Shown: positions 1 through 10,521 of the stretch, in pieces | Layout of the letters: each line of letters begins with the position of its first letter | Position numbering within the stretch: the first letter of the stretch is position 1 | NCBI GenBank assembly: GCA_963790795.1 | Contig: CAWBPO010000002.1 | Location: forward strand, 1-51,553 | Reading direction: 5' to 3' | Length of the DNA: 51,553 bases | DNA from: an uncultured bacterium | GTDB taxonomy: Bacteria; Patescibacteriota; Minisyncoccia; Minisyncoccales; RBG-13-42-11 | Translations under genes and position numbers: made by a program | Notes under the pieces: generated by a model | What the model saw: the letters and a program-made list of their open reading frames with translations, nothing else | Databases searched by the model: none | Told to the model about the DNA's origin: nothing

Positions 1-57
1 TTTAAATTAAATATTAAATACAAAATATTTAATTATTTGAGAGGATTAATCCTAAAA

Positions 58-810
58 TTATGATAGATGTTCTTCTATTTCCTTTTGTAAACGTTCTTTC
101 AAATCTTTTAAGATTGAATGATAACTTATAGGTAAAAAAACTTTCAATTCTCCCTTTAAACCATTTTGTTGTTTTATAATCCCTAAAATCTGATTTCCTA
201 AATTAGGAATAGATGGTATAAATTTTGTTAGTTTACTATGTGTTAAAATAAAATATAAATCAAAAAAATCACGAGGTTTTTTTCGTTCTAATAAAGCTTG
301 TATTTTTTCAGAAACCAAGAGAGATTCTGTCAAGAAAATAACTACATAAGGAGCAATAAGCTCATTTTGGATTAACATAGTGTTGCTTATCACTTTATCT
401 GGAGAACGGAAAGAAATCTGTAATTTTATTTCAGAATCAAATTCCAACATTTTTAGTTTTATAATAGCAAAATAGCCTCCACTGGTTTCTCCTTGAGTGC
501 CAGGATTAACTTCTTTTTCAAATTCGATACCCTCGTTCTTAATGTCACCGAGCGCACTATCAACTAACTGATTAATTTCTGAAATAGTAACCATTCCTCC
601 GTTTGAGGCAGAGAAATCAAGATCTTCTGAAAATCTCGGGCTATTAAAAATTATTCTTAAAGCAGTTCCTCCCTTAAAAACAATTTTCTCAGATCCTCTT
701 TTTTTATAAAAATAGGATAAAAATAAATGTTGACAATATTCTCTTGCAATATTTCCTTCGGTTGTTTGAAGTTTTGTAGCAAGTTCTGTTACAAATTGTC
801 GTGTAATCAT
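58..810 (-). CDS. abiEii: AbiEii-family nucleotidyltransferase toxin (type IV TA)
   Basis: FKGGTALR, RFSEDLDFS, EKIQAL and KPRDFFDLYF motifs typical of AbiEii/DUF1814; 4-bp overlap with the upstream gene. Confidence 0.9.
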   Translation of the reverse strand: MITRQFVTELATKLQTTEGNIAREYCQHLFLSYFYKKRGSEKIVFKGGTALRIIFNSPRFSEDLDFSASNGGMVTISEINQLVDSALGDIKNEGIEFEKEVNPGTQGETSGGYFAIIKLKMLEFDSEIKLQISFRSPDKVISNTMLIQNELIAPYVVIFLTESLLVSEKIQALLERKKPRDFFDLYFILTHSKLTKFIPSIPNLGNQILGIIKQQNGLKGELKVFLPISYHSILKDLKERLQKEIEEHLS

Positions 811-1429
811 ATAGGTTTATAAATCTTATTAATTAAATTTAAAAACACTTTATTCTTTTTGACAGCTTTTTTAAAAAAATTCACAAAATAACCCAACCGA
901 TCTTTATTTATTTTACTTAAATCTAATCTTTCAATAAATGGTTGTTTTTTAAGTGATAGAAAATAAATGTAATCTAATAATGCTTTTTCTTTTTCTGCTA
1001 TTAATATTGTTTTATTTCTAATTTTTTGCGGCTGATAACCAAAGAAAAGTCTTTTTTTGATTTTGCAATATTTAAAAACAGAATTTTTAATAGTAAATTC
1101 TCTACTTCTTTTTGTGGTAGCGGAAGTTACTATATAAACTGTTTCTGGGATAATATTGTAATAAGATAAAGCAGTTTCAAAAGAAATATAGGACGGTTGA
1201 TACACTTTATTTGCGATTTCAAATTCTGTTGGTGGATTAATAGAAAAAGCATATACGCCCCTTTTTAATTTTGAAAAATGAAAGCCTTTTTTTTAGAGTT
1301 CCGACTTAAAAATGACCTTGCTGTAGTTGGTTTAATATTAAAAATTTTACTGAATTCGCTAGTAGAAAAAACAGAGATTCCTAACTTGATTAAGGCATTT
1401 TCAACTTGGCCAAGATTTATATAAGACAT
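807..1429 (-). CDS. abiEi: AbiEi-type antitoxin/transcriptional regulator, split by one frameshift near the T8 run at 1287-1294
   Basis: N-terminal wHTH-like part (MSYINL...FSTSEF) continues in another frame as KKGVYAF...YQPSYISFETALSYYNIIPE...EKALLDYIY; directly upstream of abiEii. Confidence 0.8.
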
Positions 1430-1452
1430 GAATAAGTGTGTGGAGAGCGTCA

Positions 1453-1500
1453 AAATGGGTGTCAGCTAGTTGCAATTTCGTTACTATTGAGCACCCATTT
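1453..1500 (-). promoter_or_regulatory. Long imperfect inverted repeat in the abiE leader (possible autoregulatory operator or 5' hairpin)
   Basis: AAATGGGTG(1453-1461)/CACCCATTT(1492-1500) with further inner pairing; minus-strand TATAAT just upstream. Confidence 0.45.
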
Positions 1501-1743
1501 ATACTCTTATTATATAAAAAATATGCTATTCGTACATATAGATAACTTTACCATATTTGGCACCTAAATCAAAGTGGATACAAATACTAAGGTGAAATAG
1601 TATTATTTAAATACCTTTATTTTAATATCCCTTCTGAATAACCGAACGCCTCTTCTCATCTCAAAGTTCTAAAATCGTCTGCTAGGGCGAGCAAGATAAT
1701 TGAGGTTCAGCCTTAATAGACTAAACAGAGAACTTTATTTTAG

Positions 1744-1752
1744 TTTTCCACA
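1744..1752 (+). promoter_or_regulatory. DnaA-box-like TTTTCCACA upstream of a promoter
   Basis: Matches TTWTNCACA; the same GTTTTCCACA occurs at 14538 and 49262. Confidence 0.4.
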
Positions 1753-1797
1753 GATAGAAGGTTGTTTTTTATTTTGGGACTTGTATGATAGGGAAAT

Positions 1798-2403
1798 ATG
1801 CCAAATTTCAAAAAATTTTTAAATAAAAAATTTCTTTTTCTTTTTATTTTTGTTTTAATCCTTGCTACCGGAGGATTATTTTTTTGGTGGCAAAACAGAG
1901 AAACAAAAGGAAATGTTGATGATTATATAATTAAAGAAACTGCGGAAGGAACAATTGTGGAAAATGAAAAAGCGGGATTTAGTATTAAAGTGCCAGAGGG
2001 ATGGCAAATAGAAAAAATAGAAGCACGAGAAGGATCAATATTAATTCATACTTTAGACATAGAGGGTAAAGAATGGGATGGCAAAGTGGTACCTCCTTTA
2101 ACCAAGGGATGTGGTATAGAAACATCAGTGGTGTATAAAAAAATGACTTTTGAAGAAATTAAACAAGAAGCTTTAGCAATCCATTGGGGGTTAAATATAA
2201 AATCTGAGGAATTTGAAGAAATTACAGTAAATAATTACTTGGCATTAAAAAACAATTTTGATAGTGAAGTTTTGGGATCTGTTTTAGTTATTTATATTCC
2301 CAGAGAAAACAAATTATACGATTTTGATCTATATTTTGCACTAGATGAAAAAGAAAAATGTATGCAAGAATTTGATAAATTTTTAGAAACAATAATCGAT
2401 TAA
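1798..2403 (+). CDS. Membrane-anchored extracytoplasmic protein, PsbP-like fold possible
   Basis: N-terminal TM helix, GFSIKVPEGW motif, C-terminal FDKFLETI helix. Confidence 0.6.
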   Translation: MPNFKKFLNKKFLFLFIFVLILATGGLFFWWQNRETKGNVDDYIIKETAEGTIVENEKAGFSIKVPEGWQIEKIEAREGSILIHTLDIEGKEWDGKVVPPLTKGCGIETSVVYKKMTFEEIKQEALAIHWGLNIKSEEFEEITVNNYLALKNNFDSEVLGSVLVIYIPRENKLYDFDLYFALDEKEKCMQEFDKFLETIID

Positions 2404-2519
2404 ATAGCTCTTTCAGTTCTTTTTTCAACAAAGCGAACCTCGGCTAGAGAGAGGCATATAGTTCTTTGAAAAGTAAAAACAAATTCAATAAAGAAAATTG
2501 ATATTTCATCAATTTTTAA

Positions 2520-3671
2520 ATGGAAAAATTTCTGAAAAATAGCCGTTTTTTTTATATTCTTACGCTAATTTGTTTAACGGGATTTTTGGTTTTACCGAAT
2601 ATTTGTTTAGCAGATGATTTTGAAAATATTACCATTGAAGAAATTGGAAAATATTTGGAATTGCCAGAAGATAAAGTTGAAAATTTATTAGATTCATTAT
2701 GCATTTATTTAATTCTGAATGGTTGGATTTGGAAGTCATATCGGCTATTCAACGATGAAGAAAGGGCAGTGCCGTGCATTATGCGAGAAGCGGTAAGAAT
2801 CCAGGCGTTAAATCATCTTTTAATAGATGCCCCTATACAAGTTAGCTGGGCGATAATAAAAAACGCGACAAAAATAGCTAAGCTTTTTTTAACGCAGGAC
2901 CCTTCAGGAATTTTAAATGAATTGGAAAAAGAAAGCGTTGAAAAAGCAGTTGCCTACGGAATTAATTTTTTATTTGGGAATGAAATTAGAATGACGCCTG
3001 GTGCGATAGAATTAAAATATGAATCAAGAAACAGAGAAGAAAAAAAGTTATTTTTCAATACATAATAATTTATCAACCTTCTAGACAATAGAGGAGAGGT
3101 TTTAATAAGATTTTATTCTCCGCAATCCAATTGATCCACCAAAGAACATGAAGGTAGTATTGGAGGAAGTTGGGGCTCTTATACTGAATAAAACAGAATC
3201 TTCCTCCTTTTATCGTTGATATTCGTGGGCACTGTAGAGAATTATCAATGGGTTGGAAGTCCTTCAATGGAAATAGATTTCCCGCCAGACGTACCGGATT
3301 TAGGGATCAAACCTTTAAGTTTTTGGGAAAAGTATTTATTAAAGCCGATAACAAACAAAATTAAAGAAGTAGAAATATTGATAACTAAAACCGTTGGGAA
3401 AACTCCGATATTAAGCGATATTTGGGACAAGATAAGATCATTTATATCCGAAATTATTGATTTTTCTCCAGCTGATATTAGTGAAACATTACCAACTAAA
3501 GAAGAATAACCTTGTGGGTGAAAAGGCATCGGGACTTTAACAGTGAATAGAAACCACCAAAGGACTTGTTGAAGTTGGTCCTCAACAATCTAATAAGGAA
3601 GAAGCTGACGAGGATCGACCTCTCCAAGATTCTGTTGAAGTTAGTCTTCAACAGACAGAGGGGTACCGACA
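2520..3671 (+). CDS. Multiply frameshifted N-terminal part of a large secreted protein, probably continuous with 3672-6368
   Basis: Signal peptide at 2520; protein-like fragments in alternating frames (2520-3065, 3216-3509, ~3560-3660) leading into the next ORF. Confidence 0.5.
3566..3588. repeat. TGTTGARG-N5-CYTCAACA palindrome, copy 1
   Basis: ttgttgaag-ttggt-cctcaacaa-tcta. Confidence 0.8.
3631..3655. repeat. TGTTGARG-N5-CYTCAACA palindrome, copy 2
   Basis: tctgttgaag-ttagt-cttcaacaga, perfect 10-bp arms. Confidence 0.8.
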
Positions 3672-6368
3672 TTGGAAAAAATGCAGGAGATGTTAGACGA
3701 TATTGCAGAACAAATAGATATTGTTACCCAAAAGATTGCCGAATTAAAGGAAGTAAAAAAACAAGAAGTTGAAGAAGAAATTGATGAAATTGAGGAAGTT
3801 GAAGAAGAAGAAATTTTAGACGAAGATTTAGATAAAAAAGAGAAAGAAGATGATATTTGTTTTAAAAGCATAAATATCAACACTGCTTCAAAAGAAGAGT
3901 TGCAAAAATTAACCGGTATTGGACCGGTATTAGCCCAAAGGATAATAGAAGCAAGGCCATTTTATTCTCTTAATGATTTATTAAAGGTTAATGGAATTGG
4001 AGAAAAGACTTTGCAAGGAATAATAGAGCAAGACTGCGTTTATGCTTTGGGTTTCGCCGGCGGCGGGTCGGTTCCGCTTCTAATCCTGAATACTTCCTCT
4101 TCTCCTCAAATTACTCTTAATTATTCAGAAGAAAATCCCGTAAATAAAGAAATTAAAGTTGAACTTTCTGCTTCAAATCTAAAAAGTGCCACTTATGATG
4201 TAAAAATTTCAATAGAAAAAGAAGAAGTCCTTTCTGAAATTTATGATGAAAGAGAAGATAAATGGCAGTCTTCTCAATATTATTTAAAGGAATTCTTTTC
4301 TGAAACCTCATTTTCCGGGAATTTTAAACTAAAAATAAAAGAAGAAAAAAGCGATTTCAGGGGTGAAGCAGATATTTTTGCCAGGGTCAGAGAAAGCGGG
4401 AAAAGCAGTTATTCAGAATTTAAAGGAAAAATTAATATTACTGATCCGGAACAAGCAACTTCTACTTCTGAACAGGATGAAGAAGAACAAGAGCAAGAAG
4501 AACAAGAGCAGCCACAAGAAGCTACAACAACATTAGAAGTAGTTATTAATGAAATTGCCTGGATGGGGACAAATAGCTCGGCGAATGATGAATGGATTGA
4601 GCTTTATAATAATACAACTTCAACCATTGATATTACTGGCTGGCGTTTAATTTCTTCTGACGGCAGCCCGGACATCACTTTTTCTACATCAAGTATTTCA
4701 GCCAACGATTATTATTTACTGGAAAGAACGGATGATACAACTATTAGCAACATTTCAGCTGATTTAATTTATAATGGCGCTTTAGAGAACATTGGCGAAA
4801 GATTAGAGTTAAGAAATGCTTTGGGCGATTTGATTGATTTAGTTGATTGTTCTTCTAATTGGTTTTCTGGCAACAGTGATACAAAACGAACAATGGAACG
4901 TATTAATTCTAACGAATACGGATCCGATTCCGCCAACTGGGAGAATAATAATTTAATCATGAGAAATGGCTTGGATACTGACAATAATAAAATAAACGGC
5001 ACGCCAAAAGCCGAAAATTCAGTTTCAGTTTCTTCAACAACTGTTTCCAGCTTGTCTTTTGATGAATTTCCTGAAATTACCCTAACTTATCTAGGGAGTC
5101 CTTATTTTTTTCAAAATACTTTAACTATTCCTGCTAGTTCTACTTTAGATATTGAGCCTGGAGTAATATTACAATTTAAAGGAAGCGGCCCAAACGATTA
5201 TAAAAACGTCGACTTGATAGTATATGGGACCCTTTCGGCCCAAGGAAGTGAAAATGAGAAAATTGTTTTTACTTCAAACTCAGAACCGTCAGAAGGAACG
5301 GGATGGTGGGGTCAGATTTATTTTTCTCCTTCCAGTCAGAATTCTATTTTAGAGCACTGTCAGATTAGATATGGAGGCAAAAAGAGCAATAATGCTTCTA
5401 TTATAATAGTTGATTCAACTTCAATTGAGTTCAAAGATTGTCTTTTGGAAAATTTTAACGTTTCCGGATTAAAATTGATTGATTCTTTTAGCCAGATAGA
5501 GAATTCAACAATTCAAAACGCGCCGGCGGGTTCGGCAATCAGTATTTCAGGGGGCGCGCCGATAATCAAAAATTCAATTTTTAAAAATACTTACAGCGGA
5601 ATGATTATTGAGGAAGACAGCGAGGCAGAAGTTATTGGAAACCGTTTTGAAGAAATAAAATATTTACAAGGCGCGCTGTTCGCCAGCAACAGCTGCCCGA
5701 TTTTGAAAGATAATACCGGCCAAAATAATGTTTTAAACGGAATTTATTTTTTCGGTCCAATTGCCAAAGATTGCACGCTTTATCTAAACAATGATTTTCC
5801 TTACATTGCAAACTTTCAAGTGACTAACAGCGGCAATTTAATTATTGAGCCGGGAGTAATAATAAAATTTCAGGAGCGCGACCAGATAAATATAGATGGA
5901 AAGCTATTTGCCCAGGGGTCTTTAGACAAGAAAATTGTTTTTACTTCAGTGGCTGATGACGAATACGGCGGCGATACCAACAACGATGGCAGCACAACTC
6001 AGGCGACTTCTTCTTTTTGGGATAAAATTTATTTTAGCGCAGGCAGTGAATGTTCTTTGATTAAGAATGCTGAAATTAGATATGGAGGAATTCCTAGAAG
6101 TCCAAATCCTTATCGGGGAGTGGTTTATGTTTTGGGAACAGGAGTTGAATTTGAGAATGTCTATTTTAAGAACACAGGTCCCTCGGGTTATACCCTTTAT
6201 TTGGAAAATTCAAGCTCTACGGTTAGAAACTCCTTTTTTGACAATAGTGAAATAGCAAAAGGGACGGCAATTAATATTGTTGGTCAGGACCAGAATATTC
6301 TTGAGAATAATACTTTCCAAAATTTTCATTGCCATATTATGAAAGATAATCAGTGTCTTTCACCTTAG
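3672..6368 (+). CDS. ComEA-like helix-hairpin-helix + lamin-tail domain + right-handed beta-helix surface protein (C-terminal part)
   Basis: ININTASKEELQKLTGIGPVLAQRII...VNGIGEKTL (HhH); VVINEIAWMG...DEWIELYN (LTD); two IEPGV..F/GxLxAQG..IVFTS beta-helix units. Confidence 0.85.
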   Translation: MEKMQEMLDDIAEQIDIVTQKIAELKEVKKQEVEEEIDEIEEVEEEEILDEDLDKKEKEDDICFKSININTASKEELQKLTGIGPVLAQRIIEARPFYSLNDLLKVNGIGEKTLQGIIEQDCVYALGFAGGGSVPLLILNTSSSPQITLNYSEENPVNKEIKVELSASNLKSATYDVKISIEKEEVLSEIYDEREDKWQSSQYYLKEFFSETSFSGNFKLKIKEEKSDFRGEADIFARVRESGKSSYSEFKGKINITDPEQATSTSEQDEEEQEQEEQEQPQEATTTLEVVINEIAWMGTNSSANDEWIELYNNTTSTIDITGWRLISSDGSPDITFSTSSISANDYYLLERTDDTTISNISADLIYNGALENIGERLELRNALGDLIDLVDCSSNWFSGNSDTKRTMERINSNEYGSDSANWENNNLIMRNGLDTDNNKINGTPKAENSVSVSSTTVSSLSFDEFPEITLTYLGSPYFFQNTLTIPASSTLDIEPGVILQFKGSGPNDYKNVDLIVYGTLSAQGSENEKIVFTSNSEPSEGTGWWGQIYFSPSSQNSILEHCQIRYGGKKSNNASIIIVDSTSIEFKDCLLENFNVSGLKLIDSFSQIENSTIQNAPAGSAISISGGAPIIKNSIFKNTYSGMIIEEDSEAEVIGNRFEEIKYLQGALFASNSCPILKDNTGQNNVLNGIYFFGPIAKDCTLYLNNDFPYIANFQVTNSGNLIIEPGVIIKFQERDQINIDGKLFAQGSLDKKIVFTSVADDEYGGDTNNDGSTTQATSSFWDKIYFSAGSECSLIKNAEIRYGGIPRSPNPYRGVVYVLGTGVEFENVYFKNTGPSGYTLYLENSSSTVRNSFFDNSEIAKGTAINIVGQDQNILENNTFQNFHCHIMKDNQCLSP

Positions 6369-6379
6369 CCCCAATAAGA

Positions 6380-6402
6380 CTGTTGAGGTTAGTCTTCAAC
6401 AA
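6380..6402. repeat. TGTTGARG-N5-CYTCAACA palindrome, copy 3
   Basis: ctgttgagg-ttagt-cttcaacaa just after a stop codon. Confidence 0.8.
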
Positions 6403-6455
6403 GTTTTTTAACTTTGACCTCTTTTTTAATTTCTGATATATTAAAAAAACGTTCA

Positions 6456-6983
6456 ATGAACAGAGAGTTTTTAATACAATTAACAAACACGCTTTACCGC
6501 TTGACTTTGTTTTTCCCCAAAAAAGAGCCTTTGCGGTATAAGATGAGGGAATTGGCTGACAGTTTTTTAATCAAGCCGAATGAGAAAGACCTGGAAGCTT
6601 TGGATAGCTTTTTTGAGGTGGCTTTGATTCAAAATTGGGTAAGCCCTTCTGACATGTTGGCAATTAAGAGAGAATATGCTAATTTGGTTGGAGAGCTAAA
6701 AAAGTCAAAACAGGAGAAAAAGAAAGACAATCCCGGGCCAATAAAAGTTTACGCTGAGGCTATGCCAATAATGGCAAAGCACAATTCAGATAGGCAGGAA
6801 AAAATAATGGAGTTTTTGAAAGAAAACGGCAGAGCCCAAGTTTGGCAGATAAAGCAAATTCTGCCAGAAGTCAGTAAAAGGACTTTACGCCGTGATTTTG
6901 AGAATATGCTAGGTATAGGAAATATTGAAAGAATAGGCGAAAGAAACAATACTTTTTATCAAATTAAAAATCTTGAGTCATAG
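6456..6983 (+). CDS. Helical-bundle + C-terminal DeoR-like winged-HTH regulator
   Basis: RQEKIMEFL...PEVSKRTLRRDFENM wHTH; ATG at 6456 preferred over TTG at 6414. Confidence 0.8.
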   Translation: MNREFLIQLTNTLYRLTLFFPKKEPLRYKMRELADSFLIKPNEKDLEALDSFFEVALIQNWVSPSDMLAIKREYANLVGELKKSKQEKKKDNPGPIKVYAEAMPIMAKHNSDRQEKIMEFLKENGRAQVWQIKQILPEVSKRTLRRDFENMLGIGNIERIGERNNTFYQIKNLES

Positions 6984-7025
6984 GTAGGACATACATAATA
7001 GGTGGTAGGACAGAGTGTCCTACCT
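6982..7025. promoter_or_regulatory. GGTAGGACA direct plus inverted repeat (candidate operator)
   Basis: aggtaggaca 6982-6991, ggtaggaca 7004-7012, inverted tgtcctacct 7016-7025. Confidence 0.55.
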
Positions 7026-7036
7026 TCTGTAAGTTA

Positions 7037-7059
7037 CTGTTGAAGTCTAACTTCAACAA
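7037..7059. repeat. TGTTGARG-N5-CYTCAACA palindrome, copy 4
   Basis: ctgttgaag-tctaa-cttcaacaa-tcta. Confidence 0.8.
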
Positions 7060-7069
7060 TCTATCAGAT

Positions 7070-7579
7070 ATGGCAAACTATAAAAAAAAATTCGGAAAAA
7101 TATACGACCAGTGCATCAGTAAAATATATCGGTTCATATTCTTGAAAGTGAATTCTGAGGAGATTGCCCAGGATTTATGTTCAGAAACCTTTTTAAAAGG
7201 ATGGGAATCATACAAAAACAACCCTAAGATTGAAAATCCTTCTGCTTTTTTATATCGGATAGCAAGGAATCTGGTAATTGATCATTATAGGCAAAAGGCT
7301 AGGATACAGTTTGTTTCCCCTGAAATAGTGCCGATTATTGACCCCAGCCAGGAAATAGAGGCAAAAGCAGCCTTGAATTCCGATATGGACCAAATTAAGA
7401 TAGTTTTGGCAGATTTAAAGGAAAGTTACCAGAATATGATTATCTGGCATTATTTGGATCAGTTGTCCATACCGGAAATAGCTAAAATGACAGGAAAAAC
7501 AGAAGATGCCACAAGAGTAATGCTTTGCCGGGCCTTAAAAAATCTTAGAAACGAGATTAACCGTATTCAAACCTCTTAA
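7070..7579 (+). CDS. ECF RNA polymerase sigma factor
   Basis: Region 2 (AQDLCSETFLKGW...FLYRIARNLVIDHYR) and region 4 (LSIPEIAKMTGK...RALKNLR). Confidence 0.92.
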   Translation: MANYKKKFGKIYDQCISKIYRFIFLKVNSEEIAQDLCSETFLKGWESYKNNPKIENPSAFLYRIARNLVIDHYRQKARIQFVSPEIVPIIDPSQEIEAKAALNSDMDQIKIVLADLKESYQNMIIWHYLDQLSIPEIAKMTGKTEDATRVMLCRALKNLRNEINRIQTS

Positions 7580-7580
7580 G

Positions 7581-7606
7581 TGTAATAAAACAGGTGATTT
7601 TTCGTC
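7581..7606 (+). promoter_or_regulatory. Candidate ECF-sigma promoter TGTAAT-N16-CGTC
   Basis: Resembles SigX/SigW/SigM-type consensus; 8 nt before ATG 7615. Confidence 0.55.
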
Positions 7607-7614
7607 ATAATAGT

Positions 7615-8309
7615 ATGACCGAGAAAGAACTCATTGGCAAAATACAGGAACTCCGCCAAATCAAACCCAGAAAAGACTGGGTTCTTTCTAATAAAATCAG
7701 TATTTTAGGCCCTTCGACAAAACTCAGCGCAAGCGAAAGCCAGGATTACTTTTTCCCTTATTTCAACCAGCCTTAGTAGGCCTGGTTTCTGTTTTTGTCT
7801 TTGTCGGTTTGTTCGGTTTTGCTCAAAATTCTTTACCTGGCAATTTCTTATATTCTATAAAAAAGATTACTGAAAAAAGCCAGGCGCTTTTTGTATCGGA
7901 TAAAGGAAAAACAGAATTCAGCTTTAATTTAGCTGACAAGAGACTGGAAGAATTAACCAAAATAGCGGAAAACAACCAGGTTAAAAATCTGCCTCAGGCC
8001 ATAAACGAAGTTCAGGCCAGTATTTCTGAAGCAGTCAAGAATTTATCAAACAGTTCAGATACGCAAATGCTTGAAAAGCTGGCTGAATTAGGCAAGAACA
8101 AACAGAATGCCGAGCAGATTTTAGCCACTCAGATTGATTCTGAAGAATTGGACAATGCTTATAAAAGTTTGACTGAAAGCTTAATTAAAGACTTGGAAAC
8201 AAGAACTTTAACCGAAGAAAAACAGGAAATATTAAGCCAGATGAAAGAGCTTTTTGAAGCTGGCAATTTTCAGCAGGCTTTGGAGCTTTATCTGGTAAAT
8301 CAACAGTAA
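7615..8309 (+). CDS. Putative anti-sigma factor (DUF5667-like), frameshifted at ~7760-7805
   Basis: MTEKELIGKIQELRQIKPRKDW N-terminus, hydrophobic segment, then AQNSLPGNFLYSIKKITEK...ADKRLEEL; follows the ECF sigma gene. Confidence 0.7.
7710..7734 (+). repeat. CCC(T)TCGAC-N4-CTCRG palindromic element, in frame (GPSTKLSAS)
   Basis: cccttcgacaaaactcagcgcaagc aligns with 10693-10716. Confidence 0.6.
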
Positions 8310-8407
8310 ATTTGAAAATTCGCGAATCTCGTGACTAATACGTAAGGTCGCGAAGATACAAGGTCGACGCGATTGAGATAAATTATCATTAAATTAAAAT
8401 TATAAAA

Positions 8408-10385
8408 ATGACTAGTTTAACAAAGAAAATTGTAGCAATCGTAACAACAGTTACTTGCGCAGCCTGGATGATCAGTCCTGGAATCGCTTCAGCTTTAACC
8501 GCTGAAGAGCTTCAGGCTCAGATCGCTACCTTGACCGCTCAATTAGCTACTCTTCAAACTGAATTAACATCCTTAACGGGAACAACCGCTGGGTACAGTT
8601 CCAACAGATTGCACTGGTATAACCTTTACTGTCAATTTGGCACTGGGTTCCACTGGTGCTGATGTTAAATGCCTTCAGGCATTATTGAACACCGATGCAG
8701 CAACTCAAGTTGCTGCAACCGGTGCAGGTTCTCCTGGAAATGAAACAACGTACTTTGGTACTTTAACCAAAGCTGCTGTTTCTAATTTCCAGGCAAACAA
8801 TGCTATTTCTCCAACAGCCGGTTTTGTTGGTCCTATAACTCGCGCCAAATTAAACGAAATATTGACAACAGGTACAACAACCCCAACAACTCCGACAGGA
8901 CTTCCAGCTGGTTGTACATCAACCGCTGGTTACAGCCCAACAACAGGCGTGTCTTGTGCCACTGTAACACCGACAACTCCAACAGGAGGCGCAGAGGGTA
9001 GCATTTCAGCATTAACAGCTGCCACACCGATTACCGGGCAGACTATTTATGCTGGACAGGCTGAAATAGCGATAAATGGCCTTAATATAAAAGCTGTTGG
9101 CTCTGACGTATTGGTCAATCGTATTGACATCAAATTTATCCAGAGACCATGGCTTTATGTTCCAAAGATTACAATCACTGATGGCACAAACATCTTAGCC
9201 ACCTTTGATGTAACTCAGGCCAGCACCATTGAAGTGACTGTTGGTTCAAATTACGTTGTTCGTATTGAAGGTTTGAACCTCAACATTCCAAAAGACACAA
9301 CAGTATCTCTTGTTATAAAGGCTGATGTTACATTGCCTGTGGGAATATCTGCTAATACAACCATCACTTACCAGGTTCTTGCTAACGCAATTCGTGGAAT
9401 TGATGGAGCTGGTTTGACACAATACGCTCCGCTTGGCAATTTAACCGCAAGAACCTTTATTATAGCGAGAAGTACTGTTGCCCAGCTTGATGTCGCTGCT
9501 GCCGCTGACAACCCGTTAGCCAAAGCAGTTGTCATCAGTGAAACAGAAACAACAGAGAATGTTGAGATGTTGAGAGCTAATGTCAAGGCAAAATACAACG
9601 ATGCTATTATAAGAACAGTCGTTGTTGATTTGGTAGACGCTAACAGCAGAATAGGAGCTTTGAAGCTTTATGACGGCTCCACTCTGTTGGCTGCTACAAG
9701 CACAGCAGGCTCAGCCAGTTCTACTTTCACTGACCTTAGCTTGAGAGTTAACAAAGATACTACCAAGACATTGATTGTAAAAGGTGACGTTTTGGCTACC
9801 AGCACAGAAGGCTATGCAGCTTCAGTTTCCTTACCGGCTACTGTTACTGCAATCGTTGCCGAAGATGCTGGCGACTACACAACAGTTACAACCATTACCG
9901 GTTCAAAGGCTTTAGGTTATGCAGCTCACTTCTACACTCTAGCTCCGAGCTTGGCTTTGGTCAGCACTTCCATCACAGGAATTGCAGCAACAGGAAGCGC
10001 TTCACCTCAGCAAGCAGAAGGCAAGATTAAGATCAATGTGACTGCTCAGGGCGGAGACATTTACGTGCCTAAGTACGCTGCCTTAGTAGCTTCTAGCGGT
10101 ATTTCAGCTAGCGCTACCGGAAACACAGCAGCATCTCCTACTTGCACTTTCACCAGCAACGCAACCGAGAAAACAAATTCTTGGTTGGTTTCATCCGGTG
10201 AAACCAAATGGTTTGAGGTGTCATGCATGATAACCAGCGCTGGAAACGCTGCTTTTGCCCGAGTATACTTAACAAACTTCAAGTGGGATATAAGCGACGC
10301 AGCAGCTACCACGCCTGATCACAACTGGACTTGGGGTCTTGAAACATTCAAGACAAGCGACATCTTCTTACAGGCTCAAGGATAG
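8408..10385 (+). CDS. S-layer-like major surface protein with signal peptide, coiled coil and peptidoglycan-binding-like domain; +1 frameshift at GGG 8591-8593
   Basis: Removing one G joins MTSLTKK... to [28 protein letters not shown]...[14 protein letters not shown]...[15 protein letters not shown]-rich beta body; strongly biased codon usage. Confidence 0.8.
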
Positions 10386-10457
10386 TTTCAGCTTTAACTT
10401 TCTTGTAAAGTTTTCGTTTCTTGCCGAGAATATTCCTTGTGTGTTCTGCGGGCAAGA

Positions 10458-10492
10458 CAAAAAGCTCCCAGCTTTAAAGCTGGGGCTTTTTG
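10458..10492 (+). terminator. Intrinsic terminator
   Basis: aaaaagctcccagcttt/aaagctggggcttttt plus T-rich tail. Confidence 0.8.
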
Positions 10493-10521
10493 TTTTCTTT
10501 GTATTTTGGTAAAATATTTTA

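Noticed and set aside
3566..3655. Two near-identical palindromes with a ~42-bp spacer resembling a mini CRISPR array
   Set aside because: Only two adjacent units, other copies are dispersed singly, no cas genes are present, and the segment reads as an open protein linker
4470..4520. GAACAAGAGCA short tandem repeats
   Set aside because: Low-complexity E/Q linker within a protein
10395..10457. Extra hairpins in the 3' UTR of the S-layer-like gene
   Set aside because: Plausibly ordinary mRNA-stabilising structure; no independent promoter or second copy seen
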